This document shows, one piece after another, positions 37,766-45,594 of a DNA stretch of 45,594 nt; positions within the stretch are counted from its first letter, which is position 1, and each line of letters starts with the position of its first letter. The stretch is from positions 76,906 through 122,499 of IMG/VR virus record IMGVR_UViG_3300009550_000010, one strand, 5' to 3'. The notes beneath the pieces are model-generated. The model was given only the letters and a program-made list of their open reading frames with translations. It ran no database searches and was not told the origin of the DNA. The position numbers and the translations under genes are program-made. This DNA is from a virus.

Positions 37766-38279
37766 GAATCTTATTTGCGATGACTTTGTGCCCTATTGTA
37801 GTCGGATGTCGAGTTTCATCCATTGGAAAATTCAAATCAAAGATATTCAGGTCAAATTTCTTTGATTTAGTGAACTTATCCGTTGTTACTATTATACATG
37901 GTATATTGTTGATTGCAAAGTAATCTCGAAGTCCTTCAATAGCGAAATTTTCTTCACAGTCACCATATACATCATCATACATGTTCTCATACCAATATTT
38001 CCATATCTTCTTTCTCTTTTCTGTCAATCTCTTATGATTGAGTGCAATACCAATCTCAACCCACTTTTTTTCGTCATGATACTCATGTCTTGAACGGGAT
38101 GTCAATTGTATAATCGCTAAATCGTAATTTTTAGGACTTTCTTCGATAGTTGTTCTCCATATAGAGCGATTACTATAACCAACCATAGCAATGTTGGTTA
38201 ATTCGGCATTTAACCTACTTGCAAGAAATTTTGGATAGTCTCCAGCAGCAAATGACGAACCGTTAGAAAATATTTTCAT
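37740..38279 (-). CDS. SGNH-fold protein
   Basis: SNGSSFAAG, GYSNR, IQLTSRSRHE, RHPTTIGH; likely start 38279. Confidence 0.7.
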   Translation of the reverse strand: MKIFSNGSSFAAGDYPKFLASRLNAELTNIAMVGYSNRSIWRTTIEESPKNYDLAIIQLTSRSRHEYHDEKKWVEIGIALNHKRLTEKRKKIWKYWYENMYDDVYGDCEENFAIEGLRDYFAINNIPCIIVTTDKFTKSKKFDLNIFDLNFPMDETRHPTTIGHKVIANKIHEIINNRM

Positions 38280-38877
38280 AAACTTCTTTTGCAATCATCT
38301 GATGACCCCTTTTATTAGGATGACCAGTAACATAGTTCTCAGGATGCCACCTTTTACCACCCAATAATTCTCTTACGTTCATTATTGGTTCTTTATCGCA
38401 TAATTCAGACCATGATGAATTATTATATGAACCCAATTTTTTTATATTCTGTATACAGAGGAAAAAGTATCTTATATTTCTTTTTTTAAAATAATTCTCT
38501 AATAAAAATTTGTTTTTATGAAAATTTGCAAAATCATCATCAACATTTTGAAAATTCCTGTAATATTCCAATGATCCTTCGTCTTGATTTTCGGCAGTGA
38601 TGTGAAAATACTTTTTTCTACCTTTTTTCAACAATTCTCTACGAGAAAATTTGGTAAATTGAATTACTGCAATAGATACTGGATTTTTTTCACAAAATTC
38701 TAAAGTAGTCCTTAATATTCCATCATTACTCTTACCGCATTCACCAATACTTTTATAAATGCGAGGTTTTGCACCATCCCTTAGTCCCATTCTGGCGACT
38801 AGATGAGGATAAGCGTCTTTTTCGGGATTTTCAAGTTCATCACCATAGGTAAATGAACATCCATCAAATAATATCAT
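38263..38877 (-). CDS. SGNH-fold protein
   Basis: FDGCSFTYG, GKSND, IQFTKFSRRE, GHPNKRGH. Confidence 0.7.
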   Translation of the reverse strand: MILFDGCSFTYGDELENPEKDAYPHLVARMGLRDGAKPRIYKSIGECGKSNDGILRTTLEFCEKNPVSIAVIQFTKFSRRELLKKGRKKYFHITAENQDEGSLEYYRNFQNVDDDFANFHKNKFLLENYFKKRNIRYFFLCIQNIKKLGSYNNSSWSELCDKEPIMNVRELLGGKRWHPENYVTGHPNKRGHQMIAKEVYENIF

Positions 38878-39473
38878 CTAAATGACCTTTGTTTTATGTG
38901 ATTGATAATGTCTTTCGCAAGAAGATTGTGTCCTAATGAATTTATATGCCCTCCACCATTGGGTTTTTCAGTCGGATATCCATCTATGACAAAATCATAA
39001 TCGATATCTATCTTTGAATTGGGTACAGAAAGAAAGATGAGAGGAACACCCTTTGATTTACAAATACTTTTGATATTATTATACACCATTCTCTCATAAG
39101 CGTTAGCTTGTGTCTCAGAATAGATATTCATGTAGTAGTCTTTCCAAAATCCTTGGTCTATAGAAGACCTATACTTTGGATTTCCAACATAACCAGGATT
39201 TACTTTCATCCACTTCTGTTTTTTGTCAGAATACCATTCAGTTCGATTGCGAAATGACATCTGAATGACCACTAGGTCACACTCATCCAAAAAATTATAG
39301 TTATCAACAGAAATATTCCTAAGAATTCGTAAATTACTTGCCCCTGACCTCGAAAAATTATATTCTTCCGCTTGAAAATGCTCTGATACCTTTCTACTGT
39401 ACCTTTGTGTCTCATAATCTCTCAAATATCCCTTTCCTTCAGTGAAAGAGCATCCATCAAAATAAAATTTCAT
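38874..39473 (-). CDS. SGNH-fold protein
   Basis: FDGCSFTEG, GASNL, IQMSFRNRTEW, GHINSLGH. Confidence 0.7.
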   Translation of the reverse strand: MKFYFDGCSFTEGKGYLRDYETQRYSRKVSEHFQAEEYNFSRSGASNLRILRNISVDNYNFLDECDLVVIQMSFRNRTEWYSDKKQKWMKVNPGYVGNPKYRSSIDQGFWKDYYMNIYSETQANAYERMVYNNIKSICKSKGVPLIFLSVPNSKIDIDYDFVIDGYPTEKPNGGGHINSLGHNLLAKDIINHIKQRSFR

Positions 39474-39628
39474 TCAAAATGGGGTTTTACAATCACTTGA
39501 TCTACAGTATAGCACGATTTTACTCCTGCTTTGATCATTTGTTGAAATGTTACTCGTTTTTTTTCTGCTTCCTCTTCAGAAAGGTGATCAAAAACGAGTT
39601 TTTTGTCTAAGTAAACGTCAAAATCCAT
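39470..39628 (-). CDS. Small hypothetical protein
   Basis: Likely start MDFDVYLD at 39628; stop overlaps the next start; resembles 34151..34354. Confidence 0.6.
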   Translation of the reverse strand: MDFDVYLDKKLVFDHLSEEEAEKKRVTFQQMIKAGVKSCYTVDQVIVKPHFE

Positions 39629-39700
39629 GTTTTGCCAAAATTCGAGTAAACCTTGATGCCACAAACACCATTAAAGTCACTTTGTAGTCATCGGGGGTCT

Positions 39701-40099
39701 TCATTTACCATTACTAATTACAATTCGGGTCTTACAACCCTTAGAACCTCGTACTAAACGCTTTTTAGGACCTTCAGTCTTGACTCTTTGCCACTCTTTT
39801 ATTCTATCATAGCGATCTTCTGTGAAAAAGTACTGTTTGATGTACCATTCTTCCCAGTTTTTATGACCTTTATGACGATTACACTCTTCACAGCAACAAA
39901 TACAGTTAGGTGTCTCGTGTCTGCCCCCTAGAACTTGGGGATGAATGTGATCTAAGGTCATTTGATCACGATGTTCTCCACAATATGCACAAACATGGTT
40001 CCATTTCCCCTTTATATCGTCCTTCCATCTCTTCTTTGCCTCTGATCTCGTTTGTGCCTTCATCTGATACAGGTATTCCTGTGGAGAAGCGAGTAGCAT
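39701..40099 (-). CDS. HNH endonuclease
   Basis: CAYCG...LDHIHP...GG...N...CEECNRHKG zinc-binding HNH pattern. Confidence 0.9.
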   Translation of the reverse strand: MLLASPQEYLYQMKAQTRSEAKKRWKDDIKGKWNHVCAYCGEHRDQMTLDHIHPQVLGGRHETPNCICCCEECNRHKGHKNWEEWYIKQYFFTEDRYDRIKEWQRVKTEGPKKRLVRGSKGCKTRIVISNGK

Positions 40100-40133
40100 A
40101 TGTTCTATGTGTGTGTTCTAACTTATATATGCT

Positions 40134-40217
40134 CTACTCTTCGTAAATATATGGGTCTTCCCTACGTAATTTCCACATTTTATAGCGGAAACGTATCGCT
40201 TTTATTAAACGTTTCAT
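40134..40217 (-). CDS. 27-aa basic peptide (not in ORF track)
   Basis: Hand translation MKRLIKAIRFRYKMWKLRREDPYIYEE; overlaps the 3' end of 40180..40728. Confidence 0.5.
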   Translation of the reverse strand: MKRLIKAIRFRYKMWKLRREDPYIYEE

Positions 40218-40728
40218 AGATTCGGTGTGTAAGTATTCGATGACCAACCCTGTCAGGGTGTTTTGTTGCACCTAAAGGGATGTCAGGAGTATTTAGTTGC
40301 ACATCATAACCGTATTTTGAATCTTTAGAGTTTGTTAAGAGTAACAATTCTGTATTATTTGCTGCAAAATGATCGATGATTGCCTGTCGAAACATAAATT
40401 CATCACTTTCGCCTAATTCTTCACTATAATAGTCTCTATAGTAGTCTAAAAACTTCCTTCCTTTGCCTCTACCAGGATTAATATTCTCCCATTTCCCATC
40501 AATATAGTATTCTGTTCGGTTTTTATACGTCATTTGTATGACTCCAAGTGAAATATTACTCAAATCTTGCTCAATTGTCTTTCGATATATCTTTCGATTG
40601 CTACAACCTGCCTCTGATATGTCTATATAATCTTCATTCCATCTCTTTGCAAGTAGGTTTGCAAACCTTTCGTCTCTATTTTCAAGATTAGCACCGTATG
40701 TCCACGAGTCCCCATTAAATAAAATCAT
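40180..40728 (-). CDS. SGNH-fold protein
   Basis: FNGDSWTYG, GCSNR, IQMTYKNRTEY, KHPDRVGH. Confidence 0.72.
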   Translation of the reverse strand: MILFNGDSWTYGANLENRDERFANLLAKRWNEDYIDISEAGCSNRKIYRKTIEQDLSNISLGVIQMTYKNRTEYYIDGKWENINPGRGKGRKFLDYYRDYYSEELGESDEFMFRQAIIDHFAANNTELLLLTNSKDSKYGYDVQLNTPDIPLGATKHPDRVGHRILTHRIYETFNKSDTFPL

Positions 40729-40780
40729 TCGATCCCTTCATAGTATAATTAAGTAGAGGTTCTTTCAACGGTAACACCGT

Positions 40781-40787
40781 TATTTAG
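40781..40787 (-). promoter_or_regulatory. Late promoter box (CTAAATA) heading the SGNH/carbamoyltransferase/GT gene run
   Basis: tatttag upstream of 40728, followed on the minus strand by a hairpin (AACGGT/ACCGTT arms, 40767-40781). Confidence 0.5.
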
Positions 40788-40813
40788 ACTTCCAAATATT
40801 TCACAAATGTTTA

Positions 40814-40842
40814 TTGAATTTTTGTTTCAGTTATGCTATGAT
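40814..40842 (+). promoter_or_regulatory. Sigma70-type promoter TTGAAT-N17-TATGAT with extended TG
   Basis: -35 at 40814-40819, -10 at 40837-40842, upstream of 40895. Confidence 0.5.
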
Positions 40843-40894
40843 AAAAATTTATCTATCTTTATAATCAAATGATACACCTTATAGTAAGATAACT

Positions 40895-41842
40895 ATGAAA
40901 CCTAGATTCCACATGCATCCTGGTGTTGGATGGGCAGCAACCACGCCTTTCTATTACACATTACAGCATTTGAATCGCTATATGACAACAGGTGTCAATA
41001 AAGAAGTTCAATACTGGGCATTAGCATCAAGAGAAAATACATTTGACTTTCATAGGTATAAAGCAAAAAGAATATCGAATGCATTACACCAAACTGGTTT
41101 AAAAATCAAGAAACCACCTCTTGCAAAAAAATTACATCAAAATGTCTTTACAAAATCGTGGTTAGAGAGATGGTATACCCCACCGTTTACTGTCGAAAAT
41201 TACTTATCATATTATACTCTTCTCAATGACCATAAAGATGACTATGCTGCTGTTGGTGATTTTTCAACCAATAATGTTGATATACCTGATGTATTCTTAT
41301 GTTCGATTGCTGAGAAACTACTTGAACACTTTGATGTCAAAGTAACGATTACATTTGCAGACCCCATCACCCGTTTCTACTATGAAGTCGGTAGATTATG
41401 TGGTATGAGGCAATATGGCACACTTGCTGCTCTTGGAAAACAACAGAAATTATTTAAGAGTTATATTGATAGTAAAAAATTTGAAAGCAGTGTCTTCGAC
41501 AGACATAATGTAGACTATGCACAAACTTACAACAAATATTGCAAGGCATTTGGTAAAGATAATGTATTACCTATCATCATGGAAGAGTTTTGGGAACCAA
41601 AGAAAGAGAAAGAACAAAAAGAGAGACTATCAGAATTCATAAGTTATAGAATAGATAAAATATCACCAAATTTCTTTTGGCCACTGTCACATGCAGATGA
41701 TACATATCTTTTAGATCAATCCAAAAGTGTCAATGAACCACTGACACCCGAACTGATTAAATATGCAAAAGAACCCATGAAACACTTTTATGATGATTGG
41801 GCAAAAGTTCTTCCGATGCCAGAATCATGGAACTATGATTGA
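40895..41842 (+). CDS. Sulfotransferase-fold protein (family A, copy 1)
   Basis: HPGVGWAATTPFYYTL, KE, VGDFS, VKVTITFADPITRFY. Confidence 0.7.
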   Translation: MKPRFHMHPGVGWAATTPFYYTLQHLNRYMTTGVNKEVQYWALASRENTFDFHRYKAKRISNALHQTGLKIKKPPLAKKLHQNVFTKSWLERWYTPPFTVENYLSYYTLLNDHKDDYAAVGDFSTNNVDIPDVFLCSIAEKLLEHFDVKVTITFADPITRFYYEVGRLCGMRQYGTLAALGKQQKLFKSYIDSKKFESSVFDRHNVDYAQTYNKYCKAFGKDNVLPIIMEEFWEPKKEKEQKERLSEFISYRIDKISPNFFWPLSHADDTYLLDQSKSVNEPLTPELIKYAKEPMKHFYDDWAKVLPMPESWNYD

Positions 41843-42788
41843 TTTCTTATTAAATGCAGGGACTGGTTGGTCTGCAACCACACCTTTTTATTTTACTCTT
41901 GCTAAACAGCAAAAGTATTGTCATAGTGGGCATCAAAAGGAGATGGGTTATCTCAAACTCATGAGTAAGAAGTCAAAACAAGATATATCAACTTATAAGC
42001 AAACTATACTTGATAGAACAAGATCTAATGAAGATTGGATCAAAATGGTTGACAATAGAGAGTTTGTATCAAGAGAAGAGACAGAAGAATTACTCAAACC
42101 TCCTTATACCATTGATAGGTATATTGATTACTACCTCAGACTACACGAAAAGACAAAAGGCACCTATCAGGCGGTGGCAGACTTCACAAACTATAACTTT
42201 GAACTACCAGAAGAGTTTCTAATGGAGTGGAGAGATAAGATGTCTCAACACTTCAACGTAAAAGTCACCTTTCAGTTTCGTGACCCGATTCGTCGCTATT
42301 TCTCTGAGGTTGGTAAGTTTATTCAGCACCCTCTTATACTAACAGGTATTGATTCTCATAAGATCAAGCACAATGCCTATGTTAAGTCAAAGCAGCATAT
42401 CAAACTCTTTCGTCACTACATCTCATCATATCCTATCTTCCCACCTGCATACTATACACAGAACATTCAGAAGTTTGTGAGAGTTTTCGGTCAAGAGAGA
42501 GTCTTGCCGATCATTATGGAGCAGTTTTGGAATCCAGAGAGACAAGCAGAACAATGTGAGAGACTTTCGAGATTCCTAGACTATAAGATTACAAAGATAC
42601 ATGAGAATGTCTATTACCCCGACAGAGGAACCAAAGCACCACATTACGTAGGTCTCAAAGATCAATCTGGTAGTGACTTCGAGGACATGACTCCTGAGTT
42701 ATACGAATGGTCTAAACAGTATCTGGGTTTTGTATATTCAGACTGGGAGAAATGTTACGAAACCCTACCAGAGGAATGGAATCGTTGA
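41835..42788 (+). CDS. Sulfotransferase-fold protein (family A, copy 2)
   Basis: NAGTGWSATTPFYFTL, QKE, VADFT, FRDPIRRYFS (3'-PB-like motif); likely start 41835. Confidence 0.72.
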   Translation: MIDFLLNAGTGWSATTPFYFTLAKQQKYCHSGHQKEMGYLKLMSKKSKQDISTYKQTILDRTRSNEDWIKMVDNREFVSREETEELLKPPYTIDRYIDYYLRLHEKTKGTYQAVADFTNYNFELPEEFLMEWRDKMSQHFNVKVTFQFRDPIRRYFSEVGKFIQHPLILTGIDSHKIKHNAYVKSKQHIKLFRHYISSYPIFPPAYYTQNIQKFVRVFGQERVLPIIMEQFWNPERQAEQCERLSRFLDYKITKIHENVYYPDRGTKAPHYVGLKDQSGSDFEDMTPELYEWSKQYLGFVYSDWEKCYETLPEEWNR

Positions 42789-42813
42789 CAGGTAGTAAAG
42801 AATACTTTATAAT
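42785..42813 (+). promoter_or_regulatory. Perfect consensus sigma70 promoter TTGACA-N17-TATAAT
   Basis: TTGACA at 42785-42790, 17-nt spacer, TATAAT at 42808-42813. Confidence 0.9.
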
Positions 42814-42834
42814 AAAAGAGTAACGACGGTTACG

Positions 42835-43000
42835 TCGGGAGTGACTGAATAATCTTTCTGGCAAATGCTGGATAAGGTGATGAGACACAGGTGGTGCTGC
42901 TTCGAGAGAAGAATCGATTTACCAATCGGGTCTCAGGCAAGAACGTTTTTACTCTGTAGTAATGCCCGTTCTTTATTGGTATACAGGAACCCAATCTCCC
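42835..43000 (+). ncRNA. Structured ncRNA, probably the manA RNA motif of cyanophages
   Basis: Closing stem GGGAG/CTCCC plus T run; inner helices TGAGAC/GTCTCA, CTTC-GAGA-GAAG (GNRA loop), CGATT/AATCG, AAGAACG/CGTTCTT, TTACT/AGTAA; core ACAGGTGGTGCTGC recalled from manA (not searched). Confidence 0.75.
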
Positions 43001-43063
43001 TTTTTTCCTCTTTTCATGATGGGACGTTGTTGATTAGAGGAACCCTTTTTTATTTGGAGAGTT

Positions 43064-43153
43064 ATGCCTTTATTTCTAATTGTACTCGGAGCATCTGGAT
43101 TGGGTGCTACTCTTGCACTATACATACTTCGTAAGTACGATCCTCACGCATGA
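43064..43153 (+). CDS. 29-aa single-pass membrane peptide (not in ORF track)
   Basis: GGAG RBS at 43056-43059; MPLFLIVLGASGLGATLALYILRKYDPHA; ATGA overlap with the next gene. Confidence 0.65.
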   Translation: MPLFLIVLGASGLGATLALYILRKYDPHA

Positions 43154-44277
43154 AGAAACCTACATTGTGTATGTTAGCAGGGCATGGTTGGTCTGCAACC
43201 AGTCCTTTATACTACACTTTGGCACACAACCATAATTATTGTCATGGTGGACACTATAAAGAAAATAAGTATCTAGAACATATCTATCATTATAATAGAG
43301 GAGATGAAAAGTTACTAAATGAAAAAAGATTTAGATTTCGCCAACTCTTCAATGGTTTAAAGAGAGATCAAGAAGACGGTCCAAAAGCAATGACATTTGG
43401 TGAGAGAGATAGACCATCTACAGTATTACATACAGGTGGACCTAATGCTCATTGGGATCCAGAATTTGTAAATGATTTCTTTTCACTACCACATACCTTT
43501 GAAAAGTATATTACTTACTATAAGAAACACTACGAAGCAATCAAAGATACTTATTCAGCAGTTTCCGATTTTACTATCAATAATATCTACAAGCCTGAAT
43601 CTTTTATAAACATAACTGCTAGGTATCTAAAACCACATTTTAATGTCAAGGTATTGATGATATATCGTGACCCTGTTCAAAGATTATGGTCAAATATACA
43701 ATTTACATGGTTTCAAAAAAATAAACATAGAGGATGTGTTGACCCATATCATATGTTCTGGAGAAAGATAGCACATCATTACGATGATCCGAAAGAAAAA
43801 GACTATGACTTAAATGTTATCGAAGCTTACACAGAAGGGTATCGAAGATGGAGTAATGCTTTTGGTAAAGAGAATGTTCATAACATAGTCATGGAAGAGT
43901 TGTGGAGTGAGGATAAAGATATCGCTCAAAAGTCAAAGAGAGAGTTATCAGACTTTTTAGAGTATGAAGTTACTGACCTGTTTGCAAACTGTTTTGTACC
44001 TGAACAGGGCTCTAAAGCACCTCATGTTGAACATCTCTCAGATCAATTTATGAGTAATCAAGTTGATCTGTCAGAAGAACAACTCAACACTGCTAGAGCT
44101 TTGATGGATAGAGCATATCTTAGATTTGAGGAAATGTATGGTTATATTCCAAAAACATGGACAGAACTCAAGAGTGTGGAAGTACCAGATCTAACTAATC
44201 CAAATGATTATGATATCGAGGAGGTATTGAGAAGAGATCCATTATCAGGTCCTCAAAAACTTTCTGATTATAAATGA
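43150..44277 (+). CDS. Sulfotransferase-fold protein (family A, copy 3)
   Basis: LAGHGWSATSPLYYTL, YKE, VSDFT, YRDPVQRLWS. Confidence 0.72.
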   Translation: MKKPTLCMLAGHGWSATSPLYYTLAHNHNYCHGGHYKENKYLEHIYHYNRGDEKLLNEKRFRFRQLFNGLKRDQEDGPKAMTFGERDRPSTVLHTGGPNAHWDPEFVNDFFSLPHTFEKYITYYKKHYEAIKDTYSAVSDFTINNIYKPESFINITARYLKPHFNVKVLMIYRDPVQRLWSNIQFTWFQKNKHRGCVDPYHMFWRKIAHHYDDPKEKDYDLNVIEAYTEGYRRWSNAFGKENVHNIVMEELWSEDKDIAQKSKRELSDFLEYEVTDLFANCFVPEQGSKAPHVEHLSDQFMSNQVDLSEEQLNTARALMDRAYLRFEEMYGYIPKTWTELKSVEVPDLTNPNDYDIEEVLRRDPLSGPQKLSDYK

Positions 44278-45014
44278 AACTTATCACACTTGGATGTAGT
44301 TGGACATTTGGTATCGGGTGTGGATATGAAAGAGGTGAGAATATAAAACAATACAAAGCACACTGTACAAGTGAAGAGAATGCTAACAAGTATTCTTTTC
44401 GTGCTCTATTATCAGAGAGACATGGGTACATTAACCATAATCTCTCAAGAGGTGGGTCAAGCAATCAAATGCAGTTTCGGAAAGCGACCAAGTATTTCAC
44501 AGAGCGTCCACAAGAAAAAACTATAGTCTTATGGGGAATCACTTCAACCGCCCGTAATGAAGTCTTTCTGGCGAAACATCATATACTCAAAAATATTGCT
44601 TATAATACCATGTATCGAAAGGTCAATGCAGTGGAGTATGCCGAGAACTTCTACAATCATGAACACGAGGTGAAGATACTCGCACAACGAATGCTTCACT
44701 GGAATCTCTTCTTTGAATCACTGGGTATAGAGAACTATTGGTTTGATACATTCAATACTCACAAGTACCCTTACGAAATACCAAGACTTCTACCAGTAGA
44801 CCTACTCACTCGTATGACAGTTGAGGATCAGACATACCATGAGTCAACATGGCAACCAATAAACGAAATTACTGGAGAGACAAAGAAAACCACTGAAAGA
44901 AGAATACAACTGGGTGTTATCAAAAGTTTACTCAACCCTCACTCAAAACATCCTACCAAGAAGGGTCATGCTATGATAGCAGATATATTTGACAAATGTC
45001 TAAACCTAAGTTAA
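44274..45014 (+). CDS. SGNH-fold protein
   Basis: TLGCSWTFG, GGSSNQ, WGITSTARNE, KHPTKKGH. Confidence 0.7.
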   Translation: MKLITLGCSWTFGIGCGYERGENIKQYKAHCTSEENANKYSFRALLSERHGYINHNLSRGGSSNQMQFRKATKYFTERPQEKTIVLWGITSTARNEVFLAKHHILKNIAYNTMYRKVNAVEYAENFYNHEHEVKILAQRMLHWNLFFESLGIENYWFDTFNTHKYPYEIPRLLPVDLLTRMTVEDQTYHESTWQPINEITGETKKTTERRIQLGVIKSLLNPHSKHPTKKGHAMIADIFDKCLNLS

Positions 45015-45594
45015 CTCTTATTGGTGGATATGGTTGGGCAGCAACTTCTCCTCTCATGTATACTCTTCAAAGGAATGCCAAGTATACTCATTTTGGTTAT
45101 ACAAAACATTTTAGATACTTAGGAAATCAATCAGACAAGGAAAAGAAGAAGGTATCTTATATCTACAACAAGGTTTGCAATGGGACTTGGGAAAACTTCA
45201 TGAGTGAAGAACCAGGCACTCATCGAATGAATCTAACGAGGGATCTTGAACCTCTTTATGATTTTCCTCGTAAACACTTTACTCAACTTATCACTGGTAA
45301 TCCTACTATCTCTAAGTACATGGATTACTATCATGCACTTCATGATCATGTCATCTCCAAGGGTTATAAGTCTGTAGGTGATGGTTACTCAGGTTATCAA
45401 TACTACAGAAAAGAGTTTAGTCAATTCTATCGGATACTTATGTCTGAGTTTGATGTCAAGTTTCTCGTGATTGTCAGAGATCCTGTTCGTCGTGCTTTCT
45501 CAAATTATCTTGCTAAAGTTCAAAAGTCTACAGACCGAAAACGTAAAAATCTACCACTACCATTCAAAGTTAATGATTATATAAAAGATCTAAA
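44996..45594 (+). CDS. Sulfotransferase-fold protein (family A, copy 4), partial; runs off window
   Basis: Hand translation MSKPKLTLIGGYGWAATSPLMYTL...SVGDG...DVKFLVIVRDPVRRAFS, no stop to window end. Confidence 0.72.
   Translation, partial: MSKPKLTLIGGYGWAATSPLMYTLQRNAKYTHFGYTKHFRYLGNQSDKEKKKVSYIYNKVCNGTWENFMSEEPGTHRMNLTRDLEPLYDFPRKHFTQLITGNPTISKYMDYYHALHDHVISKGYKSVGDGYSGYQYYRKEFSQFYRILMSEFDVKFLVIVRDPVRRAFSNYLAKVQKSTDRKRKNLPLPFKVNDYIKDL

Noticed and set aside
42865-43134. 89-aa plus-strand ORF from the track
   Set aside because: Overlaps the structured RNA and the better-supported 29-aa ORF that has an RBS and translational coupling
1-45594. tRNA genes, CRISPR arrays, introns, integrase or transposase
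   Set aside because: No cloverleaf, repeat-spacer array, intron-like interruption or recombinase motif seen by eye; intergenic gaps are short

Overview
The window is part of an AT-rich T4-like myovirus genome, most consistent with a marine cyanophage infecting Prochlorococcus or Synechococcus (inferred from gene content and order, [A/C]TAAATA late boxes and a manA-type RNA). The minus strand carries the late structural module: gp25, gp6, gp7 (as two genes), gp8, a 2361-aa DUF4815/VrlC-like protein, small adaptors, two fibre genes and neck protein gp13. Two enzyme-rich islands (2.7-6.9 kb, between the fibre genes, and 34.3-45.6 kb) together encode eight sulfotransferase-fold proteins with non-canonical P-loops, seven SGNH-fold paralogues, a NodU/CmcH carbamoyltransferase, a GT-A glycosyltransferase, a SAM methyltransferase and a ferritin-like diiron protein. 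The structural proteins are full of a short G-[IVL]-[GST]-T motif. The leading hypothesis, which is inference only, is a phage-encoded glycosylation and glycan-tailoring system acting on the virion or host surface. Reading by hand also found elements missing from the ORF track: a 44-aa metallothionein-like peptide, two ORFs with T4 capsid-targeting-like N-termini, two 27-29-aa peptides, a manA-like RNA behind a perfect sigma70 promoter, and a hairpin leader shared by both fibre genes. No database searches were run; family calls rest on motif recognition.
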